Below, one piece after another: positions 55,769 to 64,000 of a stretch of DNA of 64,000 nucleotides; position 1 is the first letter of the stretch; every line of letters starts with the position of its first letter. The stretch lies in NCBI GenBank assembly GCA_038229415.1, contig JBBROM010000004.1, positions 210,343-274,342 on the forward strand, given 5' to 3'. Source of the DNA: Terriglobales bacterium. GTDB taxonomy: Bacteria > Acidobacteriota > Terriglobia > Terriglobales > Acidobacteriaceae. The notes below the pieces were generated by a model. It did not search any database. It saw only the letters and a program-made list of their open reading frames with translations, and was not told the origin of the DNA. The translations under genes were made by a program, and so were the position numbers.

Positions 55769-57289
55769 TTACAGCGTTGGGCACAGACCGCCGGCTAAGC
55801 CGGTGCAACCTTGCTGACCTGGGCCAACGTGGTGTGAGTTGCGTCCACTGTTGGCGGGCTGCTCGAAGGGGAAGGTGTTGCGAACGCCTTCCGGGTTAAC
55901 GTTGACGCCATCACCCAGTGGGGTTCCGTATTTCACCGGATCCACCAGGATGCCAGCCACTACGCGAGCTGCGATGTCGGTGACATCATCCACCGGACGA
56001 CGGCCGTTGGGGAAGCCAGCGCTGTCGCCGTAAAGGAAGCCAAGGCGCTTCTGTGCGGTCGGCGCAGTCGGGCCAATGCCGGTGTTCAAGCGCAGCAGAT
56101 CTGCAATCGCGCCTGCATCGCCAGGGCCGCAACCCGGGCAAATCGGCGGCTGATACTGCACCAGGTTCAGCAGATCAGTACGCGGCGCCGGCGGAACCGG
56201 AACTCCGAGTGCACTGAAAGCTGCGGCCAGGAATGGATCGAGAACGAACGATGCAAACTGACCGTCGTTTTCCGGAGCATCCATGCTGAAGCGATCCTTG
56301 GAACCGTTGCCAATGATTAGTTCATTGATCAGCGGATTGCCGAGGCGCTGCACTTGCTGGAAGCTGCCGCTATAGGCGATCGGGTTGGGCGAGCTGCGCA
56401 CGGTCGTCGCAGGTCGAGAGGTTGAACCGTACGTGCCGATGACAGCCTGCTTGTCGGTGGAAGGATGAACCTTGCCATCCACGGTCAGCATGGTGATGGG
56501 CACCTGCAGCACGATGGTGTTGACGTTATAGCCACCGACGGTGTCGGCAGCATAGTTGTGCTTGTCGTCGGCATCAATGCCCGGCTTCAGGATGTCGCCA
56601 CCGGTGACGGCGCGCCAGTTGATGGAGTCAAATGCTCCGCCGAGGTCAATAAAGAACGGGTCATCTACCGTACCCGCGAAAACCGTGACCTTGCCCAGAG
56701 TATGAATGCCCTGCTGAAAGAGACCCGGGTTGGTGGGGTCAGTATTGTAGTAGTTGGGCATGGTGCGCGGTCCGACGTTCGAGGGAACGGCATACAATCC
56801 CGAACCAAGCACGGTGGAAACCCCACCCTTGACCATGGTCACGGTGTAGGTCTGGCTGAGCGCCTGGCCAGCTGCGCCGGGGCCACTCAATGAAGTGATT
56901 TGCGGAATGCCTGCAATGCCGCCCACGGCGGACGTGAACAGGCCCGGGGAGATGCTGGCGGTGTTGTCAATGGTCTGGAACTGGAACTGAAAGACCACAT
57001 CATTGGCGATGCCGTCGTTGTTGTTGTCCACATTCATCTGATAGACAATGTTGGGATCAAAGGGGAAATAGTTAGGGCCATTGGCCGGCTCGAGCAGCGG
57101 GTCAACGTTCAGGATCATGGTCACGGTGCTCGGCTTGTCATAGCTGACAAACGCGTACCAGTCGGTGATGTCAGCAGTGCGATCGAGCGCGGTGATTGGA
57201 GCTTCGCGATGGCTGGCGGCAAATACGTTCGCCGGTAACGCCATCACCAGGATCAAAGCAGCCGCGGCAAAGGACTTGAACTGTTTCAT
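55769..57289 (-). CDS. DUF4331 domain secreted protein
   Basis: The Met at 57289 (RBS aaggaaa) gives a signal peptide that ends directly at the DUF4331 hallmark ASHREAPITALDRTADITDWYAF. Confidence 0.8.
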   Translation of the reverse strand: MKQFKSFAAAALILVMALPANVFAASHREAPITALDRTADITDWYAFVSYDKPSTVTMILNVDPLLEPANGPNYFPFDPNIVYQMNVDNNNDGIANDVVFQFQFQTIDNTASISPGLFTSAVGGIAGIPQITSLSGPGAAGQALSQTYTVTMVKGGVSTVLGSGLYAVPSNVGPRTMPNYYNTDPTNPGLFQQGIHTLGKVTVFAGTVDDPFFIDLGGAFDSINWRAVTGGDILKPGIDADDKHNYAADTVGGYNVNTIVLQVPITMLTVDGKVHPSTDKQAVIGTYGSTSRPATTVRSSPNPIAYSGSFQQVQRLGNPLINELIIGNGSKDRFSMDAPENDGQFASFVLDPFLAAAFSALGVPVPPAPRTDLLNLVQYQPPICPGCGPGDAGAIADLLRLNTGIGPTAPTAQKRLGFLYGDSAGFPNGRRPVDDVTDIAARVVAGILVDPVKYGTPLGDGVNVNPEGVRNTFPFEQPANSGRNSHHVGPGQQGCTGLAGGLCPTL

Positions 57290-57514
57290 AGGCTCGTTTT
57301 CCTTGAGTAGGGTCTTGGAGTCAGAAGAGCGCACTGCTCCGCAGTGGGCGCGAGACTTCACCCCTCCGGTTCGGTGCTGCTCTCTGTACTTGAGCTACGC
57401 GACCAGGGACTCAATCGGATTGGCCGGATGAGGCCGAAATGCCATTTTCTTTAAAAAGATGCGGGCGATCAATCATTGCGTCCGCCAAGATGAGAGATGC
57501 AGGCAAAACAATGA

Positions 57515-57535
57515 CGGGAGAGGGGTTCTCTCCCG
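57515..57535 (-). terminator. Terminator-like hairpin after the second DinB gene
   Basis: cgggagag-gggtt-ctctcccg. On the minus strand it is followed by tcattgtttt. Confidence 0.5.
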
Positions 57536-57584
57536 CCATTCTCTTAATCAAGCTGCGCCGAAAAATGTCGGGCTGAAGGCTGCG

Positions 57585-58091
57585 CTATGCGAAGGGATTT
57601 TCATCGGCGCTGGGACCGTAGATCGAGGGCAGTTTTACGTCCAGCATGCGCAAGTAGGTGGAGAGCTGGCCGCGATGGTGATACCAGTGATTCAGCAGAA
57701 TCGAACGATACAGCGCCGTGCGCGGCATCGTCACAATGGTGCGATCCCCTTGCATCAGCGACCAACTTCCCATTGCCTTCGCATCGTCCACCCGGCCTAG
57801 CGAGGCGACCGCACTCTCTACCGCAGCGTCAAGCGTGGCCACGGCAGCGGCAGAGCTCACGGCAAGAGCCGGCGGATGGAAGTCCGACATATCCAGGCTA
57901 TCTTGTTCCATCATCAGCGTCATGCTGGGAATTTCAGCGACATGCTGCACCAGTTGCCCCAACGCCATGGCCCGGGGATGCGGCTGCCAGTCCATCTTGC
58001 CCTCCGGCACGCACGCCAGCAAACGCCGGGTCGTGGCCGCTTCCATCTGCAATTCTGAGATAAACGAATCCGTAATGCTCATGTTGTGCAT
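57585..58091 (-). CDS. DinB-family (DinB_2-like) protein
   Basis: 168 aa. The N-terminal block is ELQMEAATTRRLLACVPEGKMDWQPHPRAMALGQLVQHV and the C-terminal His block is LLNHWYHHRGQLSTYLR. Confidence 0.8.
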   Translation of the reverse strand: MHNMSITDSFISELQMEAATTRRLLACVPEGKMDWQPHPRAMALGQLVQHVAEIPSMTLMMEQDSLDMSDFHPPALAVSSAAAVATLDAAVESAVASLGRVDDAKAMGSWSLMQGDRTIVTMPRTALYRSILLNHWYHHRGQLSTYLRMLDVKLPSIYGPSADENPFA

Positions 58092-58216
58092 TCTCCAAAA
58101 TCAAGGTTGAATAACCTGAGGGGCTACATTCGCCAGCTTGATAACCCTAGACCACTTTGAATAGAGCAAGCAAATCGAAGACATCGAGAGATCGTGAATA
58201 CGGGCTTATGATGTCA

Positions 58217-58261
58217 AAACAAAAAGAAGTGGGGGAGCCAAATGGCTCCCCCACTTCTTTT
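58217..58261 (-). terminator. Strong bidirectional rho-independent terminator after the 1129-aa receptor gene
   Basis: Perfect 14-bp stem gaagtgggggagcc / ggctcccccacttc with a 4-nt loop. An A-run lies on one side and a T-run on the other. Confidence 0.9.
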
Positions 58262-58274
58262 ACAAAATGCAAGT

Positions 58275-61200
58275 TTAGAAGATCACCTTCAGAGACAGCT
58301 GGCCCGTACGGGAGCTGTTACCGAAAGTTGCCCTCGTGTTGTTGAAGTTCGGCTGGCCCGGCCGCAGGTATGCAGTTGCCAGGGCTCCGGTGTTGCCAAC
58401 CGACAGAACGTCGTTCGGCGAACCAGGAATGTACTGCGAGTGATTGATCGCGTTCAGGAACTGCGCACCGAACTCGAGCTTGAAACGCTCGGTGATGTTG
58501 ATGCGCTTGTACGCGGCCAAGTCCAGGTTATTGATCGGATCGCCAAGCAGGTTGCCACGGCCGGAGTTGGCCAGTGCGCCGCCTTTCAAGCGGAAGTACT
58601 GCGCGGTGGGATCGTTGGCAAAGTACGCAACGACATCACCCGATACGCCGCGGATTGCGGTCGTATCTGTGCCGTGTCCCTTGACTCCGCCCGGATTGAC
58701 TTGTACGCGGTCGCCCGCGGCGTCACCGTTCAGATTCACATCGCGACCGCTCTGCACGGTACCAAAGCCGCCCGTCTCGTAGGTGTAGCTGGGCGAAATT
58801 TCCCAGTTGCCCAGGATGTTCTTCTCGAGCCAGTTGCCGTTCTTGAAGAAAGGCAACTCGTAGATGCCAGCGATCGTCAAGCGTTGACGATGATCCAGAG
58901 CGGAATTGCCACGCTCGCCCTGCAGGTTACGGAAGTCCTGCGGACGGCGGGGAGCAACAACGGTCGAGAAGAAATCGGCAGTGCTGTTGTCGATGTTATG
59001 GCTGTAGGTATAGGCAAGCAGTCCTTGCAAACCCTTGGTAAGACGACGGTTCACCTGTGCGGTCAAGCCGTGGTAGGTGGAAGCGCCCCAAGGTTCGAAG
59101 GCAACGATGTTGCTTCCAAAGCCTTGGCTCGAGTAGGCAGGATCAAAACGTCCTGCCGCCCCGAGGGTACCCAGCGTCAGAGCGTTCGGGTTGGATGCAG
59201 CGGAAGCGCAGGCTGCATCGCTCGCACTCAGACACACCGGGAGATTAGCGGTCGGTGTAACGTCAGCGACAACGTTGATGCGGTTCTGTACATTCAGGTG
59301 GACACCGCGGGTACCAACGTAACGAACTTCCACAGTGTACGGCCCAACCGTGTGCTGCACGCCGAGGTTCCATTGGTAAGCCTGCGGATACTTGACTTTG
59401 TTAGGCAAGAAGGCTGAGGTGTTGGCGCGAGCCGTCGCCTGATCCAGGACGCTGATGCCAGTCTGGCCAGTGTTTACAATACCGCCATTGGACAGGAAAG
59501 CACCAGTGGAAAGCGGGCAACCCGGGTTGGTGTCGTCCGGGCAATCGGTTGTGGAACCGATCTGCGGCGGACGGGAAAGTACGCCGATGTTGTCGTATAA
59601 CACGTCGTAGCCGATGCCAAAGCCACCACGAATTGACCAGTCACCCTTGGTGCCGGGGGAGTAGGCGAAACCGATGCGCGGAGCAAAGTCCTTCTTCGGA
59701 GCTTGCGGCGCACCAAAGGTGATAAGACCAGGAACACTCGCAATCGCATTCAGGGACTGTTGAGTCCAGCCGAAAGGTGTACCCGTGTATTCATAGCGAA
59801 GACCGAGGTTCACGCTCAAGTGCTGGGTGACGCGCCAGTTGTCATTCACGAACCAGTAAATTGCTTTCTGGTCGCCACTGTATCCCACGTTGCCAAAGCT
59901 ACGCTCAGCAAAGACCAAGCCGTTTCCGTCATCCTGTGGTTGAGCGATGTCACGGAAAAAGGTGTCGTACGCATTCCATTGATAGTCACCACGCGAACGC
60001 TGAATGAATTTCTGTGGCGAGATGTATTTACGGCCTTCCACGCCGAATTTCAGGGAATGGTTGCCCTTGGTCACGCTGAAGTTGTCGGTGGCGCTGTAAT
60101 AGTTCTGGAAGGCAAACTGCGGTGCGTTGCCGTCTGGCCCGAAGCCCAGATTGCCTTCAAACACGGTTAGGTTCGGGAATGAATCCAGCCCTGGGTAAGA
60201 GACATTCGGCACGGTGAAGTTTTGTCCCGTGCGGTGGAAGCCGACCCGCAGCTCATTGGCAGCGCTCGGGCTAAAGGTGTGGAACTCACTGGCGGTAAAC
60301 GTATAAAACGGAACGGTGAGCGAGGTGAAGAATGCTTGCGGGAAGCCGGCAACATCTTGGGTCGCCGACTGGTTGTAGATCCAGCGGGCGCGCACCTGAT
60401 CCTTGTCCGAGATGTTGAAGTCCATTGAAGCGACCCATGCCTTGTTGTTGGTAAAGGCGGGTGCCACAATGCTGTACGAACCCAGTTCCACGTTCGTGAA
60501 GGCCGTGGGGGTTCCTTCCCCGTCAAATGCACTGGCTACCTGAGTATTCAACTCGGTACAGAGTTGATTGTCCACGTCGGCCTGCGTACATGGCTTCGAT
60601 GCGGTAATGTACTTCTGCAACTGCGAAACCGTGGTCTGGTTCACCAGAGGATTGCTCGCGAGTGAGGCAAAGCCAGCGGCAGTCGGCACGGTAGCCGCAT
60701 TAGAGGCTGCGACCTGACCCACAGGGTTGTACTCGTAGTTCACGAAGAAGAACAGCTTGTTCTTGTAGATCGGTCCGCCGAGCTGTCCGCCAAAGCGGTT
60801 ATTGTCAAAGCGCGGTTTTGGGGTGCCAACAGGATTGGCGCGGGCAAAGGCTGCATTGATGGCATCCAGATTGCGGTTCTGGAAGTATTCGTAGCCCACA
60901 CCGTGGAAGGAGTTGGTGCCGCTCTTCACTGCTACGTTGAACTGTCCTCCCGTAGAGTGACCGAACTCGGGGCTGAACTGATTCTGCAGAATCGAGAATT
61001 CCTGCACAGCATCGTTGGGGATGTAGGTCGAGGGACCGGTGACACCCTTATCGTTGTTGTCAACACCTTCAATGGTGAAGTTGTTGTTACGGGGACGCTG
61101 TCCACCGACCGAAGGGCCGGAACCGGCGCCGACTGCGCCCGAGCTGGCTACGCCGCCCTGCTGCAATGCCAAGTTCAGTACGCCCGAACCAGAAGAAGAG

Positions 61201-61664
61201 GTCGGAGCATCCGAAAGTTCCTTGGTCTCGTAGGTGGTCGAGATCTGCGCCGTGGTGGTGTCAATTGGGGATGCTTCGCTGGTGACTTCGATGGTTTCCG
61301 TCACCTTGCCTGGTTCGAGATGGAACGTCACCGTACCCGTGTGGTTCAACTGAACCAGGAAATGGGCCACGGTGGACGTGCGGAAATTCGGCGAGCTCGC
61401 CGTAACGGAATAGCTTCCGGGCAACAGGTTGGCAGCACGAAATTCTCCGCCACCATTGGCTGTGACCGTTGTCTTAATGCCCGTGGATTCATTCAGCACC
61501 ACGATCGAAGCGCCCGGTACGACGGCATCCGACTTATCAAAAACCGTGCCGACGATGTCGCCGCTGGTGGCCTGGCCAAAAGCCAACACCGAAGCCAGCG
61601 CGAACAGGGCGAGCAGCGCTACCGAATGAGCCACAAACGCTGACCCTCGAAAGATTCGCCTCAT
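58275..61664 (-). CDS. TonB-dependent-receptor-like outer-membrane protein with a carboxypeptidase-regulatory-like N-domain
   Basis: A signal peptide is followed by GDIVGTVFDKSDAVVPGASIVVLNESTGIKTTVTANGGGEFRAANLLPGSYSV, a plug-like region, and a >900-aa barrel ending in an aromatic residue (LKVIF). Confidence 0.85.
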   Translation of the reverse strand: MRRIFRGSAFVAHSVALLALFALASVLAFGQATSGDIVGTVFDKSDAVVPGASIVVLNESTGIKTTVTANGGGEFRAANLLPGSYSVTASSPNFRTSTVAHFLVQLNHTGTVTFHLEPGKVTETIEVTSEASPIDTTTAQISTTYETKELSDAPTSSSGSGVLNLALQQGGVASSGAVGAGSGPSVGGQRPRNNNFTIEGVDNNDKGVTGPSTYIPNDAVQEFSILQNQFSPEFGHSTGGQFNVAVKSGTNSFHGVGYEYFQNRNLDAINAAFARANPVGTPKPRFDNNRFGGQLGGPIYKNKLFFFVNYEYNPVGQVAASNAATVPTAAGFASLASNPLVNQTTVSQLQKYITASKPCTQADVDNQLCTELNTQVASAFDGEGTPTAFTNVELGSYSIVAPAFTNNKAWVASMDFNISDKDQVRARWIYNQSATQDVAGFPQAFFTSLTVPFYTFTASEFHTFSPSAANELRVGFHRTGQNFTVPNVSYPGLDSFPNLTVFEGNLGFGPDGNAPQFAFQNYYSATDNFSVTKGNHSLKFGVEGRKYISPQKFIQRSRGDYQWNAYDTFFRDIAQPQDDGNGLVFAERSFGNVGYSGDQKAIYWFVNDNWRVTQHLSVNLGLRYEYTGTPFGWTQQSLNAIASVPGLITFGAPQAPKKDFAPRIGFAYSPGTKGDWSIRGGFGIGYDVLYDNIGVLSRPPQIGSTTDCPDDTNPGCPLSTGAFLSNGGIVNTGQTGISVLDQATARANTSAFLPNKVKYPQAYQWNLGVQHTVGPYTVEVRYVGTRGVHLNVQNRINVVADVTPTANLPVCLSASDAACASAASNPNALTLGTLGAAGRFDPAYSSQGFGSNIVAFEPWGASTYHGLTAQVNRRLTKGLQGLLAYTYSHNIDNSTADFFSTVVAPRRPQDFRNLQGERGNSALDHRQRLTIAGIYELPFFKNGNWLEKNILGNWEISPSYTYETGGFGTVQSGRDVNLNGDAAGDRVQVNPGGVKGHGTDTTAIRGVSGDVVAYFANDPTAQYFRLKGGALANSGRGNLLGDPINNLDLAAYKRINITERFKLEFGAQFLNAINHSQYIPGSPNDVLSVGNTGALATAYLRPGQPNFNNTRATFGNSSRTGQLSLKVIF

Positions 61665-61991
61665 AATTTCTCTTCTCCTGACAAAGTGGAATCACAAAAT
61701 TTCGTCTGAGTTAACCAAACCCCGCCGGGTTGACCGTGGTCTTGCAAGACCGGGACAGACCCAAACGTACATCTACCATGACTCAGTACAACACTATATA
61801 GCAATTGTTGAGCCAATTGGCAAGAGATGTAAGATTTTGAAAAGAATGGGCTTGCGAGGTCAACCTCGGGGCTGCGAGGCAAAAATTTATGCGAAATCGG
61901 AAGGGAAATATGTTTTTTGGGATTTACTAAGAAAACAACACCGAATCACGCCCTCGATTGTCCGCCAATTTCGGTCTTTTTGCCGTGCCTA

Positions 61992-63413
61992 TCAGGCAAG
62001 CGGGGGCGGATTTTGCAGGTAGCCATGCACTGCGGCCGCAGCCTTACGGCCTTCGGCAATTGCCCACACTACGAGCGACTGTCCGCGCCGCATGTCGCCA
62101 GCGGCGAAAACACCGGGTAATGAAGTGTGGAAGCTGGCATCTGCGGCAATATTGCCCCGCGGGTCGAGCGCCAGACCTGAATCGGTGAGCATTCCCTGCT
62201 TAACCGGCCCTGCAAATCCCATCGCGAGCAACACCAGATCCGCCTCGACGACAAACTCGCTCCCACCAATGGCCGCGAAGCTCGGTGGCGGGCCAACCCG
62301 GGACACATGCAACTGCTGCACGTTGCCGTTTGCATCGCCGGTAAGGTGTGTAGTCGCCAATCCCCACTGGCGGACTCCGCCTTCTTCATGCGCACCTTCG
62401 ATGCGAAGCTGCATCGGCCATAGCGGCCACGGAGTCTGCGGCGAGCGTTCGTCGGGTGGCTGTGGCATGATCTCAAACTGCTGAACTGACGCTGCCTTCT
62501 GACGATGGCAGGTGCCCAGGCAATCGGCACCGGTGTCGCCGCCGCCGATGATGACTACGCGCTTGCCGGTGGCGAGAATCGCTTCCGCGTCGGGAACGGT
62601 GTCGTGCATGTTGCGGCGATTCTGCTGAGGCAGAAAGTCCATCGCGAAATGTATGCCCTTGAGTTCCCTGCCCGGCACATTCAAATCGCGCGGATGTTCG
62701 GCTCCGCCCGCGAGCACGATGGCATCAAATTGCATACGCAGTTCGGCGAGCGTTATGTTCTTACCGATATGAACCCCGGTAAGAAACTCCACGCCCTCGG
62801 CACGCATCTGCGCCAGGCGGCGATCCACAATCTGCTTTTCCAGCTTGAAATGCGGAATGCCGTAACGCAAAAGGCCTCCGATGCGGTCGGCTTTTTCGTA
62901 AACCGTGACGCTGTGTCCGGCGCGACGAAGTTGCTGGGCTGCTGCCAGACCTGCAGGCCCGGAGCCGACAATTGCTACTTTCTTGCCGGTCTGGTGCAAC
63001 GGCGGCTCGGGCAGAATCCAGCCCTCTTCAAAGCCGCGTTCGATGATGCTTTTCTCTATCTGCTTGATGCTCACGGGTGGCTGCGTGATGCCGAGCACAC
63101 ACGACGCCTCGCAGGGCGCGGGGCAAATGCGTCCCGTGAACTCTGGAAAATTATTTGTGGCATGCAACTGGCGCACTGCCTCTTTCCAGCGTCCGCGATA
63201 GACGAGGTCATTCCAGTCGGGGATGAGGTTGTTGACCGGACAACCGGAGTTGCAGAAGGGCACGCCGCAATCCATGCAACGCGCGCCTTGATCCTTCAAC
63301 TTTTCTTCGGGGAATTCGTAGTAAATCTCAAACCAGTCGTTGACCCGCTGCGTGACTGGGCGACGCGCCGGAAGCTCACGTGCGAATTCGAGAAAGCCAG
63401 TGGTCTTACCCAT
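61992..63413 (-). CDS. gltD: Glutamate synthase (NADPH) small subunit
   Basis: The Met at 63413 gives [20 protein letters not shown]...[25 protein letters not shown], followed by FAD/NAD folds [14 protein letters not shown] and [13 protein letters not shown]. Confidence 0.9.
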   Translation of the reverse strand: MGKTTGFLEFARELPARRPVTQRVNDWFEIYYEFPEEKLKDQGARCMDCGVPFCNSGCPVNNLIPDWNDLVYRGRWKEAVRQLHATNNFPEFTGRICPAPCEASCVLGITQPPVSIKQIEKSIIERGFEEGWILPEPPLHQTGKKVAIVGSGPAGLAAAQQLRRAGHSVTVYEKADRIGGLLRYGIPHFKLEKQIVDRRLAQMRAEGVEFLTGVHIGKNITLAELRMQFDAIVLAGGAEHPRDLNVPGRELKGIHFAMDFLPQQNRRNMHDTVPDAEAILATGKRVVIIGGGDTGADCLGTCHRQKAASVQQFEIMPQPPDERSPQTPWPLWPMQLRIEGAHEEGGVRQWGLATTHLTGDANGNVQQLHVSRVGPPPSFAAIGGSEFVVEADLVLLAMGFAGPVKQGMLTDSGLALDPRGNIAADASFHTSLPGVFAAGDMRRGQSLVVWAIAEGRKAAAAVHGYLQNPPPLA

Positions 63414-64000
63414 GTTGCACCGCCAGCAATTCCGTGCCAGCCACGGGCGCAGCAGCAATCGGCGTTGTCTGTGCAGCTTTGGCTTCCAGTGCAGCTTGGG
63501 TCGTGCGCTCGGCCAGCACTCGCTTGAATTCACGCGGAAATACCTTCACGAATGCGGTCTGCGCTTCCTCCCAATGCTGCAGGAGCCATGTGGCGCGTTG
63601 GCTGCCGGTTAGTTCCGCATGGCGCCGAATCAGTGATTGCACCAGCTCGATATCGTCAGTAAGTACGATTCGCTCCAAGTCCACCGAAGCGGGATTACAA
63701 CGTTTCAACGCGAAATCTTTGCGCCCATCAAAAACGTAGGCGAGACCACCACTCATGCCTGCCGCAAAGTTGCGTCCGCAATCGCCGAGCACCAGCACTG
63801 TGCCGCCGGTCATGTACTCGCAACCGTGGTCGCCGACGCCTTCCACCACGGCGGTCGCGCCGGAGTTACGCACGGCGAAGCGCTCACCCGCTACGCCGTT
63901 CAGGAATGCCTCGCCCGACGTGGCACCATATAGTGCGACATTGCCTACGAGAATGTTCTCTTCTGCGGCAAAGCGCGACTCGCGTGACGGATAGACGATG
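63406..64000 (-). CDS. gltB: Glutamate synthase large subunit, C-terminal domain only (runs off the window)
   Basis: The frame is open to the window edge. The hallmark is [29 protein letters not shown]. Its stop codon overlaps the gltD start by 8 nt. Confidence 0.85.
   Translation of the reverse strand, partial: IVYPSRESRFAAEENILVGNVALYGATSGEAFLNGVAGERFAVRNSGATAVVEGVGDHGCEYMTGGTVLVLGDCGRNFAAGMSGGLAYVFDGRKDFALKRCNPASVDLERIVLTDDIELVQSLIRRHAELTGSQRATWLLQHWEEAQTAFVKVFPREFKRVLAERTTQAALEAKAAQTTPIAAAPVAGTELLAVQHG

Noticed and set aside
1-64000. tRNA, rRNA or mobile-element genes
   Set aside because: I scanned the intergenic regions above 100 nt (around 19.2-19.5, 30.1-30.5, 39.4-39.6, 57.4-57.6, 58.1-58.3 and 61.7-62.0 kb). 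I saw no cloverleaf-compatible sequences or rRNA-like stretches, and no ORF resembles a transposase, integrase or recombinase. A proper tRNAscan/Infernal run was not possible.

Overview
This 64 kb chromosomal window has about 58-60% GC. I infer an Acidobacteriota (Terriglobia-like) origin from gene content: GloVer-type tandem-repeat proteins, FG-GAP/choice-of-anchor-D surface proteins, CarboxypepD_reg-fused TonB-dependent-receptor-like barrels, a roughly 950-aa PIG-L deacetylase, and REP-like hairpins that translate to APLRMT/SAQDD-type pseudo-peptides. Most of it is ordinary housekeeping and envelope genes: M29 aminopeptidase, CAP protein, S46 peptidase, DoxX, APC and MFS transporters, two DinB proteins, a TAT-exported amidohydrolase, hemH, a BNR/Asp-box protein, a Zn-ADH, a PLP transsulfuration enzyme, MacAB-type efflux, DUF4331 plus TPR, and gltB/gltD. 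I found no rRNA, tRNA, CRISPR, transposase or integrase by eye. The most interesting region is 34.4-42.6 kb, a compact RiPP-like cluster. A 56-aa ORF (39210-39380, minus strand) is too short for the supplied ORF track and looks like a precursor peptide, with two Cys and a C-terminal Ser. Downstream and partly overlapping it are a SipW-type Ser/His S26 peptidase, an HprK-like kinase, a PqqD/RRE protein and a radical SAM/SPASM maturase. An ABC-2 exporter pair lies upstream and a divergent NTP_transf_5 nucleotidyltransferase lies beyond it. The kinase/nucleotidyltransferase/PqqD set is the tailoring set known from phosphorylated lasso peptides, but no lasso cyclase or protease is present and an rSAM/SPASM enzyme sits in its place. 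A second notable region (22.0-30.1 kb) is a split lipid-modification supercluster: Delta9-type desaturase, amine-oxidase flavoprotein, DUF1365, two CFA-synthase-like methyltransferases, DUF1295, DUF2062 and DUF1475. It resembles methylated/furan fatty-acid loci and is interrupted by a low-GC orphan gene. Other observations are a frameshifted GloVer gene, a recurring terminator-hairpin family, and REP-element clusters.
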